NCBI GenBank assembly: GCA_963575745.1
Contig: CAUYUJ010000001.1
Span: 2,542,001 to 2,606,000, forward strand
From: Prorocentrum cordatum
Taxonomy: Eukaryota
DNA length: 64,000 bases
Reading direction: 5' to 3'
Below, in pieces: positions 44,601-57,949 of the stretch. The notes beneath the pieces are model-generated. The model had not been told where the DNA came from and did no database searches. It saw nothing but the letters and a program-made list of their open reading frames with translations. Position numbers and translations under genes: made by a program. Numbering within the stretch: the stretch's first letter is position 1; each line of letters begins with the position of its first letter.

Positions 44601-44912
44601 CGTGGCCCTTCCTCCTCCTCCTCCTCCTCCTCCTCCTCCTCCTCCTGTTCCTCCTCCTCCTCAGCCCCTGCAGCTCCCCAGGCCCAAGCTTCCCCGAATC
44701 TCCGAGACACCAAGCTCTCGAACCTCTTCGAGGCGCAGAGCCTCTTCGCCCCAGGGGCAGCGATAGGGGGGCATAGGCATGCCTATGCATCGGCGATGTA
44801 TCGCCGATGCGCCCGATGCATCGGCGATGTATCGCCGATTCCAAGTCGATGTCCCCCCCCGAATGCGTATCCCTCCACATCGTTGCCCCTGACGGCGTCG
44901 CGAGCCCCAGCG

Positions 44913-45973
44913 ATGGCCCAGCCCGCCGAGCGCGCAGCGGCGGCGAGCGTCCCCGTTGAGGCGCTGAAGAACGCGGCGGCCCCGAGCCCGAGCTCGAACG
45001 AGATTCCCGAGCGCATGGCCAAGCAGGACGAGAAGATCCTCGAGAAGCTGTCCTACATCGCCAAGAAGGCCTCCATCGCCGAGACGCGCCAGTGCCAGTC
45101 GAGTGAGCATTGCACGGATGCAGCGAGGATGACGAGCTGCTAGTTCAAGGCCGAGAGCGCCTTGTGGTCAAGCGGCGCCCAGCAAGCCGTGCTCGAGATG
45201 GCGCGCCGTGGCGGGTCCTACAAGAGCATCGGGTACGGCCGCATCTTCGACGACAAGGACAAGAGGCGCATCAAGCTGGCCGTGGCGGTGTTCTTCAAGA
45301 CCTACGTCGAGAGGCGCGAGCACGTGTGCAACATTTTCGAAAACCGCGGAGAGCCGCCCGAGGACCTCTTCTGGCCCATGCCGAGCTTCAGGGCCAAGAG
45401 CTCGGCGCCGGGAACGTTAAGAAGCTCGCCCACGGCTCCTGCACCGAGCGCACCGGGCATGCCCTCCCAAGCATCCCCGCCGAGCTCCACCACCTCCACG
45501 AGCTAGTGCTGCCGCTCAACGCGAAGTTCGAGCCCGTCGAGCACTTGGGCGAACGGCCCGCCGAGAGTGCCGAGATGCTCTTCAACATGATTCCGGGCAA
45601 GGCCCGAGAGTGCGCCAGGTGGTGCAACGAGAGCTCCACGATCTCGATCGCGACCGACGGGGTCGCCAAGGCCACCACGCAAGCAATTATCAAGTGGCGC
45701 TGGTCCATCAAGAGGACCGCCGACATGAGCTACGAGCTGCGTGAGCAGAGCGACCGAGACAAGCGCGCAAAGCTGGACTACTCGAAAACCGTCAAGCAGC
45801 AGCAGCACGAGCAGATGCTTCTCGAGAACCACATCAAGCTGCACTTCGACAAGCTCGCGTCGATCCAGGCCGAGCACGACAAGCCCAACACGAACAAGCG
45901 CGATGACGAGAGGAGCCAGGCCGACGCAAAGGCCGAGTCAGAGCCCGCCTCGTTCATGCTCGTGGGCGCCTGA
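44913..45973 (+). pseudogene. Intronless pseudogene of an unknown ~350-aa protein
   Basis: GCGATGG start and strongly GC3-biased codons. In-frame TAG at 45141-45143, then the same frame continues (MARRGGSYKSIGYGRIFDDKDKRRIKL), with a frameshift near 45410 into the frame ending FMLVGA*. Confidence 0.65.
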
Positions 45974-46059
45974 GCGCGCGAGCTCCCCGAGCCAGGCACC
46001 CCATGTTTTTTTCGCTACGAGGGCGCCGTTTCGAGGCGCGCGCTCGAGCCCCATCTGCT

Positions 46060-47040
46060 TTTCAAGCTCCAAGAGAGCGCTCGAGCACGCGCGAGTGGCG
46101 GTCCGAGCTGCGGTCTACTACTCCTCCCCCTCTCGCCGAGTGATCCTCGATCGAGCATCGAGAAATCAAGTGGGCTCGATCCTCTATCCTCGGATCGATG
46201 ATCCGAGATCTTGAGTCCAAGCATCCTCGAGCACCTTGGGTCCTAGATCCGAGGGTCGCCAAGTTTGGACTCGAAGATCTCGGGTTCGCGTTCCGGGGAT
46301 CGAGAATCGAGCCTCGGCGGCCCCCGATTGTCGCACTGCCATCACACATGCTCGATCCCCCATCCTCAGATCGAGGGTCCGAGATCTTGAGTCCGAGCAT
46401 CTTCGAGCACCTTGGGTCCTAGATCCGAGGGTCGCCAAGCTTGGGCTCGAAGATCCCGGGTTCGACGTCCGAGGCTCGAGGGCCGAGCGTGGGCGATAAT
46501 AGATCGCCCTCGCCGCCGTCCTCGAGCCCACGCTGCCGCCGAGCAGGCTCGACCCTCCATCCTCGGATCGAGGATCCGAGATTTTGGTCTTGAGCGTTTG
46601 CGAGCACCTCGGATCCTGGATCCGAGGGTCGCCAAGCGTGGACTGGCAGATCTCGGGCTCGACATCCGGGGCTCGAGGGCCGGGCCTCGGCGATGGTAGA
46701 TCACCCCTCTCGCCGTCCTCGAGCCCGCGCTGCCACCGAGCAGGCTCGATCCTCCATCCTCGGATCGAGGGCCCGAGATCTTGGTCTGAAGCGTCTGCGA
46801 GCACGTCGGATCCTGGCTCCGAGGGTCGCCGAGCTTGGACTGGAAGATCTCGGGCTCGACATCCGAGGCTCGAGGACCGAGCCTAGTGCTCCTCTGGTCG
46901 TCCTCGGGCCCACTCTGTCACCGAGCAGGCTCGATCCTCCATCCTCGGATCGAGGATCCGAGATCTTGGCCTCGAGCATCTACGAGCACCTCTGATCGTA
47001 GATCCGAAGATCGCCAAGTTTAGACTCCAGGATCTCGGGT
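46060..47040. repeat. ~180-197-bp tandem repeat (~5 copies) rich in GATC/TCGA palindromes
   Basis: CCTCGGATCGAGG(A/G)TCCGAGATCTTG-like anchor at ~46188, 46364, 46561, 46758 and 46943. Confidence 0.85.
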
Positions 47041-47057
47041 GCCCCGACACCTGGCGG

Positions 47058-47250
47058 CCACGCGCGCGCACAAACGCGCAAACGCGCACACGCGCGCGCA
47101 CGCGCGCGCACGCGCGCGCACGCGCGAATGAACGCACGCGCGCACGCGCACACTGGCACGCTCGCACGCTTGCACACACACAGTCACACGCACACGCACT
47201 CCCCCCCCCCCCCCACACACACACACACACTAACACACACTCACACACAA
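47058..47250. repeat. Alternating purine-pyrimidine (CG/CA)n tract
   Basis: Direct reading. Confidence 0.9.
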
Positions 47251-47459
47251 GAACACACAAACAACAGCAGCCACGGCAGCAACAGCAAACAGCAAAACAG
47301 CAGCAATTGCAGGGCAGAGCAACACCGAGACAAACAGCAGGGAGAACAAACAACGGCTGCACACCCGCACGCTCGCAAACAGCAACAGAACACACACGAA
47401 TAGCAAAGCAACAGGACTAACGAGAACAGCAACAAGACAAACAACATGAACAACAAACA

Positions 47460-47482
47460 ACCGTAACCAATCTAGGCTCAAG
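47460..47482 (+). other. Degenerate spliced-leader relic
   Basis: ACCGTAACCAATCTAGGCTCAAG keeps CCGTA, CCA and GGCTCAAG; lies 31 nt before a GCCATGG start. Confidence 0.75.
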
Positions 47483-47513
47483 CATTCCAAGCCAGCTGAG
47501 GACACCACGCGCC

Positions 47514-47939
47514 ATGGCCGAGACGCAGCACGCCGTGGCCGAGTCGGACAGCGACGATCGTCGGCCTGTCGCCGAGCGGTCGGACGACGAGAGCGTCGGC
47601 GAGTGGGCGAAGGGCGACGAGTGGACGAGGGGGGCGGAACCCACCGCGCTGGGGGAGGACGCCAACACACCCGAGGACAGGAGCCTCGAGGACAAGAAGC
47701 TTGACGAAAAGAAGGCCGCGCTCGAGGTCAAACCGGACGGCGTGAAGGTCGAGCTGGAAGACAAGGAGGGCTCCCCCGAGCTCGAGAACAAGAAGAAGCT
47801 GGAGGTCAAGCTCGGCCCCGAGGAGAAGCGCAGGCGCCTCTGCAAACCCGCAACGGCGAGGCAGCGCGATGCCTCGCAGGCCTCGGCGCCGAGTCCTGAC
47901 TCAGCCCTGCGGCGCCTCGCGAGCCGCTGGGAGCTCTGA
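47514..47939 (+). CDS. Hypothetical 141-aa acidic/charged protein (retrocopy)
   Basis: GCCATGG context, GC3-rich codons, SL relic upstream, no introns; no family recognised. Confidence 0.6.
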   Translation: MAETQHAVAESDSDDRRPVAERSDDESVGEWAKGDEWTRGAEPTALGEDANTPEDRSLEDKKLDEKKAALEVKPDGVKVELEDKEGSPELENKKKLEVKLGPEEKRRRLCKPATARQRDASQASAPSPDSALRRLASRWEL

Positions 47940-48292
47940 GCGAAGTGCTTTCGGGCAGAGTGAGGGCGACGCGCTGGCTGCTCTGAGCGAGGCGGCCCCG
48001 GGCCTCGAGGGCGCCAGAAAAAAGACCGAGAGACAGGTGCCAGAGCAAGACCACCAACACACAGAACACAAGCACACGCAATCAAACCGACACGCGCAAA
48101 CAACAGCAGCGGCCATACAAACAACTGCAACAGCAAACGGCACAACAAAAGCACCACCAAAAACAGCATAATCCGCAGCGATCACAACAGCAACACCAGC
48201 AACTGACGCAACAACAAACCACAGCAGCAAAACAAGCAATAACAACAAGCGAACACCAAGGAGCACCAACGACAAGCTAACAGTAACAACCT

Positions 48293-48314
48293 TCCGTAGC
48301 CACGTTGGCTCGAG
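48293..48314 (+). other. Spliced-leader relic
   Basis: TCCGTAGCCACGTTGGCTCGAG matches the dinoSL at 19/22. Confidence 0.85.
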
Positions 48315-48356
48315 GTTTTCTGTTTCGAGCTACTGCAGCTTTGCAGCGAGACTCCG

Positions 48357-48540
48357 ATGGTCGCGCCGACGAAGCAGACGAGCTCGTCGAGCCTCCGGGG
48401 CCCGCAAACCTCGCCGCCCGCGGCCCCGAGCTCGCGCGAGAAGCTGAGAACCTCGCCTTGCGAGGCGGTCGACTCTGCGGCGACCTTCCACAGGCAACTC
48501 GAGGCCGCGAGGCTCGAGGCTGAGACGGCTAAGCAGGACT
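48357..48540 (+). pseudogene. Truncated retrocopy or first exon behind an SL relic
   Basis: ATG 42 nt after the SL relic; coding-like for ~60 codons (MVAPTKQT...EAARLEAETAKQ), then runs into pyrimidine-rich sequence. Confidence 0.45.
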
Positions 48541-49299
48541 CCTCTTTCTCGTATTTCTTCTGCTCTTCCCTTCTTTATCATTGTTATTCTCCTCTTCTTT
48601 TATGCTTCGGATCGAGGCGGCTATCGCTTCGCGCTAACTGGCGACAGCTGCAAACGTGCTTTGCCTTCTCTTCCCCTTTCCCCTTGCTTCTCTTCCTTCT
48701 GTCTTTCTCTTCTTTCCGCCGCCCCCCCCCCCCCCCCCCCAGGGGCCGAACTTTTCTATTTCAAATTTATTTCGTCGCCCGCGGGGCCCCATCATGATCC
48801 CCCTCCCCCCCCCTCCATGCGCTGCTGAAAACGATCAGAAATAATGTGTGTGTTTTTTCAATACGAATCCAATTTTGGTTCAAAATCGATCCTCCTGAGG
48901 CCATCCTCCTCTCTCTTCCGTCTCCCCCTATGATGATTATCTCTCCCTGTCCGCGCTCCTACTAATAATATTGCAATCAACTCGCGTGGTGGGGATGAGC
49001 AGTATTGCTGTGCCCTTGCGTTCTTGCCACTTCGGCCCATCTCTGGGCCTCGCAAGGACCGCGCACATTTGCCGCTCATCCTTCCTGCGCGAGTCGACTG
49101 CAATACTTCGAGCCCCCCCCCCTCCCATGCAGGAGCGATCCGCGGCCGCGCCCGCGCGCCGAGAGCTTGCGAGCGCCGAGGGCAGAGGCCCCTCGCCCCG
49201 CGCGACTTCGGCCGGGGCGCGAAGCGAGGCTTCGGCAGAGGCGGCGACCCCACGGCACGAGCGCGGAGCGCAAGGGGGCGCACAAACCCCACGCTGCGC

Positions 49300-49950
49300 C
49301 CACGCTGCGACGAGACCCAACAGCGCAGTCCAAGCTCCAGGCCCCCCTCGACTGGAGCCAGCACGCGGACGAGCACACTGCGACGAAGTTCGCCTCCCTG
49401 CAGCCTCGAGCGAGAGCGGAGCTGCAGCGCAAGTGGCACTGGATCCACGAGACGGTTGCCCGATGGCACGGCCTCCGGGCTGCGCCCGAGAAGAATGTTG
49501 CCACGGCGAGGCTCTGCAAGAACGGCGCCCGAGGCTGCGGGCGCGCCCGGGCGAACCAGCAGAAGCGCAGCGGGAGCTAAGGCGCCGGGCTGCCCTGCGA
49601 GACCCCTGGTCAAGTCACAGCCCACCGCCCGCTCGAGGGCCTCGTGCGCCACCTCGAGAACTGGTCCAATCGGGGGCGCGAGCGAGGCCGCGAGGTCAGG
49701 AAGAAGACCCTTTTGACGCGGCTGCGCTACGAGCTGGCCTTCGAGCAGGACAAAGCAGCTCATCCTGCAGAAGATCGGCCACGAGAGCTACGACGCCGAG
49801 GTCCCCAAGAAGGTGGCCAAGCGCCTGAGTACCTTAGTGGGTAGACGAATTCGCCCTCGCGAGGATAAACGCGAGCGGGCGCAGGGGCCAGCGCCTGTCC
49901 GACCAGGGGAAGCAGACCCTCAGCAAGGGCAAGGCCAAATCTCACCAGGG
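49300..49950 (+). pseudogene. Degraded coding fragment, unknown family
   Basis: Protein-like same-frame pieces (LDWSQHADEHTATKFASL...KWHWIHETVARWHGL; LVRHLENWSNR...LLTRLRYELAFEQDK) separated by a stop. Confidence 0.35.
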
Positions 49951-50044
49951 CCACGGCGGACAGGTAATTCCAATAGTTTTAGTAATAGTTCGCCGTAGTC
50001 GTGGTCGTACTCACTAAAACTAATCGTACTGGTAGTAGGAAATA

Positions 50045-51403
<1,359 letters not shown>

Positions 51404-51593
51404 CCCGAACAAAACCAGCGCCCGCAGAGTGAGTGGGTCGTCCGGGTGCGTCTGTCCTTGCCCGTCCTCAGGACAGACTGACCCGCCCCCCTCCCCAGAA
51501 TCGTCGCCAAACATGATGGCCCCTTTGCCTTCCGCAGGTCGTCTCGGCCACATCCGCACTCGGAGTCGAAGAACATCCCCGAAGATGCCCACG

Positions 51594-52686
51594 TCAATCA
51601 TCGTCTTCGCCGTCCTCGCAAGCCACCTGAATCATCGCCGCCGCGGACAGCTCGTCGGCATGGCAATCGCGAGAACAGGCAAATGATTTACACTCGCACG
51701 CAGCCGACGTGACACCTAGAGGCGAGCCTGCGGCTGCTGGTGACGTCGCGCGGCCAGCTCGGAAGCCCTCCAACGTGCACTGGTCTGCGCTCTCATGGGC
51801 CAGTAGTCGCTGCAAACGGCGCACCTGCTTGAGGAGGTTCGCGCCAGAAAATTCGAAGAGCTTTTCCCCTGGGGCTGATGAGTCATAAGCCCCAGTCATA
51901 AGCCCCAGCGGAAAAGCTCGTCGAATTCTCAAGATGGGTGACGTGACATGGGCCGCGCAGCGCCGGGGCTGTGCGCCAGCGCATGCGCGCGTCCGTGCCA
52001 GCGTGCTCCCACGTAATCGATGCTTGCGCCTCGTGAGGCGGATGCGGAGCGCCTCGGCGGACCTGCCATTTTCGCCGATCCAAACGGCCACGTGCTGGCC
52101 GCGAGCCACCTGCTGGGCTTCGCACTGCGTGCCCACCTCTAGGCCGATCGTCTTGCCCCACATCCTCAGCAAGGAAAACCACCGACGCGAGCACCGCTGC
52201 CTAGACCGAGGGCACGCACGTAGACTCTACCAGGAACGCCAGCTGCGCCACACAGTCGTCGGTCAGCAAGACTCTCGCGCTGACGGGCCGCCGGTGGCTC
52301 TGACCTGCTCCGCGCGCAAGTTTTGATAGTGAGCGCGACCGCCTCGGTCCACCACGCTGTTGGCAACGCCGGGTTGACGTGGGCCAACTTGACATGCCTG
52401 ACCAAATTTGCTACGGTGCCAACGTTGTGAGGGCCGCGAGGAACTGGCGCGCTCCCTGCTCGCTCCTCAGCGGCAGGGTGGCAGCATCAGTGTGCCCGAA
52501 GACCTGGGCCGCAAACGCGCGCCAAGCACGGGGCCCCGAAAGAACTGTCTGGAGAAGGCCACGCTTGCACTCTAGTCGGAAAAACCTGACGCGTTCGTCG
52601 AGGAACCGTAGCGCGGCGCAGAAGCACGCCCAAACTGTTGGCCTCGTCGCCCCGCGCACCTTGCGCCAGAGGTCGCTTCGGACAGG
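51594..52686 (-). pseudogene. Decayed tyrosine recombinase (DIRS/Crypton-type YR)
   Basis: Across frameshifts: SGPRAWRAFA...TLP (N-terminal binding domain), FL/LRMWGKTIGLE (first Arg box), LRIRLTRRKHRLRGS (Lys loop), TLEGFRAGRATS.AAAG...ECKS (HxxR box and W/H-Y region, degenerate). Confidence 0.68.
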
Positions 52687-55650
52687 GGCAAAAAGGGCGC
52701 GGCGGCTAGCGCTGGCTTCGCTGCGGATGGTTCGGGCGCAGCCTAGCTGGAGGCCGCGCTCCTCGGCCTGGCTGGGGTGGCCTCGCCAGCTGGGCCAGTG
52801 CCCCGTCGCTGCTTGACCCCGCAGCAGTGGCCTCGTCCACCGCGCGCTCCAGCAGCGCCGCCTGGCTCGCGTTGTTGACGTGGAGAAGCTGGACGCTGGC
52901 CTGACAGAGAGTCCAAGTCGTGCCAGTCGCGGAAGCCATGCTTCGCGAGCGCGGCCGCAGCGTTGCATCGGACACCAAGCGGCCCACTCCAGTCTCCGCC
53001 AGCATGCGCCGCGTGGGCGCGTTGCCTGCGAGGGATTTTGCAACGGGCTGCAGCCGGCCGCGCTCGCCCCATTGGAAGGCCAGCGGGCGCCGCGTTGCGG
53101 GGCCGGCCCAACCTGGTCACGATATTGTTGCGCGCCACTTCTTCTCGTTACAAATCGTCGCCAGCCGTCGCGAGTAGGAGGGGGGCGGGCGGGCGGGCGG
53201 GCGCGCGCGGCCACGGGCGCGGCCGGCGAGCGACCGTCGCCGCCGGAGCTCCCCCGCCCCGCCCAAGACGACGATGCGCCACTGGGCAACTCGGGCCAAA
53301 AGGGAGCGGGGGGCGCTCGGGGCGACCATATTTCTTCAGAACCAAACAATCCATATCCTGAAGCCACATCGTCTGAAGCTCTGCAGGCAGCGACGGCTCT
53401 ATCCAGATTGCGCCCAGGCGCCTGGCCGGGCCGAACTCGCGGCGAGAAGGGCCATCGGCGATGTTGGCAGCCGACTCTGCGCGGCCCCACCCCAGAATGG
53501 GACCCGCGCCCATTGGGCCGCGCCCGCAGTCCGTCGGCAAGCAGGTTCGCCTCGGGCGCCATGGAGCAACAAGTGCTGAGGCTGCCAATCGCGCCGTTGT
53601 CGCCCACGAGCGCGCAGACGGCCTTCTCGGCAATCAGCTCGGCGAAGACGCGCGTGAACAGGCCCGCCGCATCTCGAGAAGATTGATCTGGTCGTCGCGC
53701 CTCGTGAACAGCTGGTCGATGATCGCGGCGGGGGCGCCGGTGCGGGTGCAGTGCGGCGCCACTGGCCACTCGCGAGTGCGACCGCGCCCAAGCACCGATC
53801 CTCGCCGCTGGCGTCCGCCCCCGCCCACGCGCCGTCGCGGACAGCGAGGCCCGCCAAAAGCTGGGCGGATGGCCGCAGAGCCAAATACTTCGCCCACCGC
53901 GCGGCCGCGTTCGCCAGGGGCGGCGATGCGGAAAACGCTTGCAAAGGCGAACTCGCCTGAGCACGGAACGGTTTCGCGGATGCGGGCGTTCCACGCCGAG
54001 GCTGCCGTTGCTGGAGCGGCGTGTGGCTGGGGGGAGCAAGCCAAGTCGGTCGTGGCTGTCGTTGCGCCGCCGGGCATCGCCGCCGCGGCGCGCCCTCTCT
54101 GGGCCACGGACGATGTCCTGACGTCGGTGGCCCCTTCGGCCGACGGCCCGGCCTGCCGCGCGCGCGGCGTCGACTTCGGCGGCGGCGCGGTCAGCGCCCA
54201 GTTCCTCGCAGCTCGCAGCAGCGGACAAGATGGCAGCCGCCCGCGAAGCGCTGGGCCTGCTGCAGGACACGCCCGCCGAACTCGCGCTGCTCGCGCTGAT
54301 GCGGCGGTGTGCAGACGTCAGCTGCTCGGGGTAGCTGGCCCGGCCCTCAGCGAAGAGGTATTGGCTCGCTACGATGGCGCGCTTCGCCGCGCAACGACAC
54401 GCCTGCTCGGCGGGCCGCTCGGCGACGCGTCGTTGGCCCAGCGTTCTGTGGGCGTCCGCGAGGGGGGGCTCGGCCTCCGCAGTGCCAGCGACGTGGCGCT
54501 GCCAGCCTTCTAAGCCTACCGCGCGGAGTCGCGGGCTCACGTGGCCGGCCTTCGCGAGGCCCTCGTCGGGGCAGGATTCGCGGGGATCCCAGTGCTGGAG
54601 CGCTTCGACGCGCAGACCGCCGCCGCTCTGCAGGCCTTCAAAGCCAGGCTGCCCCCGGCTGCCGCGGAGGAGGCCCGGGCCGCGGTCGACGACTGGGCTG
54701 CGAGCGGCGAGCTGAGGGCGCACTGCGGCTGGGGGCGGCCTTATCCTGCCAGCTGGCGCAGAGGGCCCCGAGCGGACCCAGGACTGCCGTCTGCAGTCTC
54801 GCCTGTGCGCCGTGGCCGACGGCGTCGCGGCCGACAACCTGTCCGCCGACCTCGCCGCGGCTGGCCGAGACGTTGATTGCGGCCGGCTGCGGGAGCTTCG
54901 AGACCCTTCCATGAGCCACGACTGGCTCTGGGCTCTGAATCCGGCGCGCGGCCCGACCCTCGGCCACGGGGAGTACCTCGTCGCGGTGCGCGTGCGAGTC
55001 GGCGCCCCCGCAAGGACGCTCGACCGGGCATGTTCCCACTCTCTCCAGAGCGCCATTCCAGAGGCCACACGGGGCCATTGCGAGGTGCGCGACCACGTCC
55101 TGTCGTTGGCGCACCTGGCCGACCCTGGCGCCGAAGCCGAAACTCCCAGGCTGCTACCGTCAGCACCATTGCTCCGCCCTGCAGATGTCCTGACCAGCGC
55201 GGCCCTGGAGGGTCGCTTGGCGGCTCTAGATGTTGGCGTGTGCAGCCCGGAAGCACAAGGCGTTGGCGAGGAATGCTGCAGCGCGACGCACGCTCGGAAG
55301 CTCGGCGACTACCGCGGCCACCTTGCGGAGCTGGCGGCGCCGGGCATCACCTACGTGCCCGTCGTGTGGTCCGCCTACGGCCGCGTCCACCCGGAGGCGC
55401 AGGCGGTGTTGCGAGCGTTGGCGTTGCGGGCCGCGCGGCGCCGTGGGCTGCGCTGCCACCGCGCGCTGCTGTGCAGGACGCATACGGCCCTTGGCGTCGC
55501 CATGTGGCGGCGCGCCGCCGCCGTGTTTCATGCGTGCCTGCCCACGCTCACGCTGGACGAGGAGCGCCTGCTGTTCAGCGAGGCGGCGCCGGCGTGGGCT
55601 TGAGGCGGCCGCGGGCTGGCGTTGTGCGGAGGGGTTGGGGTCTTGGGTTC
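52687..55650 (+). mobile_element. Decayed CRE-like non-LTR retrotransposon (RT plus C-terminal restriction-like endonuclease)
   Basis: Frameshifted RT remnants (PPQNGTRAHW, DAENA, VREGGLGLRSA) and C-terminal TRGHCEVRD...RPADVL...ALDVGV.SP...K...Y...PVVWSAYGR PD-(D/E)xK domain ending at 55603; flanked by TCGGACAGG at 52678-52686 and 55651-55659. Confidence 0.82.
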
Positions 55651-55659
55651 TCGGACAGG

Positions 55660-56440
55660 AAAAAACGCAATAACGGATTTCTACATGTCTGGCGGCAGCG
55701 GGACGTCGTCCACGGCACCGACGATGCCGTCCATGGCGTGGCAAAGTGCACCTGAAAATGGGAATCGAAAAAGGAACGGATCGGAATCCGCGGTGCCCGA
55801 GTTAAAATGGTTACGGGATGTTCCTCTGCTAGTCTGCGCAAGAGAAGCCCCCTGACGAAAGAGCCGCCCAACAGTACATGCAGACCTCCCCCCCCGACTT
55901 GCACTGGGCCGGCCCCGCTGGCAGGGTCCGCGAAGCGGCCCGCCACAATTTGGCACGACCCTCGCGCACTTCGCGGCCCCAGAAGGATGGGACACCAAGG
56001 TATCCCAGCACGAGCCCCACGGACGGCCAGGGAGGTCTGCATGTATTGGTTTTCCTTTTCCACGGCCAGGGAAACGACCGGCGCAATGTGGCGGCATCCT
56101 TGTTCACAGAACGACCCCACCGCCGGCACCGCCAAGGCAAAGCAAGGATGCACCCCACATCCGGGTCCGCCGCCACCTGCTTCCACCAGCCGCCGCACGC
56201 CCCCCAAACCCTGGGAACTGCAAGCAGCTCGTCGGCCACTGATCCTTCAACTTGCGCCTCACGCACGACCTGCGGTCCAGCGTGCACCACAAACTGGGCG
56301 ACTGGTCCAAGACGGCCAGGGGGTGCGGCATCAGGAGTTTCATCCAGGTGAAGATATCATGCTCTGATCCCCCGTCGGCCTCGCATTGCCATTGCTCCGC
56401 TGCGCCAGCCTCTGCCAGCGCCGCCGTGGTACCTCGCCAC
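55660..56440 (-). pseudogene. Probable 5' part of the YR-encoding element
   Basis: Removing the non-LTR element plus one TSD joins ...KSVIAFF to PVRSDLWRK... in frame; the upstream extent is uncertain. Confidence 0.4.
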
Positions 56441-56500
56441 ACACTCCTGGCGCTCTCCTGAATCTCGCGAGCCAGGAAGGAAGATTACACCAGAGAGGAA

Positions 56501-56712
56501 CCCCAATCAGTGAATGGTTTGATCGATAAGGAGATCGACTGGGAACCTGGGAACCCAGAACCCACCAAAGTCGGCCCGGAACCAATAACCAAGAACCTGG
56601 GAACTCGGAACCGGGAACCCAAGAACCCAGCGTGCGACCAAAATCGGCTGGAAACTTTCGCCAAATCTTTCAACTTCCGCGAGGACCCCTTCAGTGCAAG
56701 CACTGATTGGGG
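56501..56712. mobile_element. 212-bp MITE-like element
   Basis: Perfect 12-bp TIRs CCCCAATCAGTG / CACTGATTGGGG, AA on both flanks, internal GGAACC subrepeats. Confidence 0.65.
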
Positions 56713-57949
56713 AATAAACTGCCCCTCCCCCCCCGCCCCCTCCTCCTGACCCTTCCAGCTTGCTGGGCTCGAAGCCCGCTGCCGACTGCGTGCTCTTGGC
56801 CCCTGCCGCGCTCCTCCTGCCCTGCGTCGTTTCCCAACTGCTGCGGCTCGCTGGAGCGACGGTCGGTGCAGGGGGCGGGCTGGCCACACCCTGGTCCCCA
56901 TCTGGGGTCTTCTCGATGCGGATGTCAGAAGTCCACGCTCCCGCGCCTCCTCCTCCTCCTCCTCCTCCTCCTCCTCCTCCTCCTCCTCCTCCTCCCTCGC
57001 GGCCGCGGGTCTGTCCCGAGCACTTTACATTGGTGCCGGCGCGTTCCACCAACGCACAGCGTCGGCCCCCACAGGATGGCCTTTGCACCGGGCGACAGCC
57101 ATCCTTTAGCAGGGGGGCGGGACGCGCCGGCCGGGGCCTATACCTGGCGCTACCTGGGAGCACGACGCCGAGAGCGACGACGGTGTAGTCGCGCGCCCTG
57201 GGCCTCCTCCCCGCCAGTGCGCCCGCGAGCGGCTCCCGGCAGTGCGCCATGCGGCCCCCCAGGGCGCCTCCGCCAGTGGTTGCCCAGCGCCCAGCGCCCC
57301 CCAGCCCGGGCCGCGCCCGGCCGCCGTCCGTCTCCGTCGGCGTCGCTGGCCCTGGCAGCGCGGCCAGCCGCCTTGAGCGCGCCCAGCCGTCGCCCGGCGC
57401 TGGTCTGCGGCTGGTCCAGTTCAGCTCAGTTCGGCCAGAGCGGCAGCCTCCTCTTCCTCCTCCTCCTCCTCCTCCTCCTCCCTCCAACTCCCTCCTCCTC
57501 CCTCCGGCTCCTCCCTCCTCCGCCCGCCGCCCGCACGCGCCCGCGGGTGGCGGTGCGGAGCCGCGCGGGGGGGGCGGCGCCGGGGGAGCGGGGCCTCGAC
57601 GGACTGGAGGCGGTCCTGTGCGCCGCACGCTTCCCCCACGCTCGAGGCCCGAGCACGGAGGATCACAGGCATTGGACGTTTTGCGATCGCTCGGGTCCCT
57701 GGGAGCCTTCTCGTCGCCACGGCCCGAGTCGTCTCGAGGGTCTGGCCAGAACGCACCCTAGGATCCGCCGATCCCCACTCCTCCCCCTCGCCCCTTCCCC
57801 AATGCCCCAAATGCTGGTCACGGGGAGGGCGACTCGGGGGGAGGGGGCTCGAGAGCTCCTCATCGCACCCCCTGGGCCCTCTAAGCCTCCAAGTCTCGCC
57901 CCCAACGTCTACACGATGCTCCAGATGCACTCCGCGAGGGCACAAGAAC

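Noticed and set aside
52411..55068. 885-aa minus-strand ORF as a gene
   Set aside because: It is mostly the antisense shadow of the GC-rich non-LTR element; only its last ~90 aa belong to the YR remnant.
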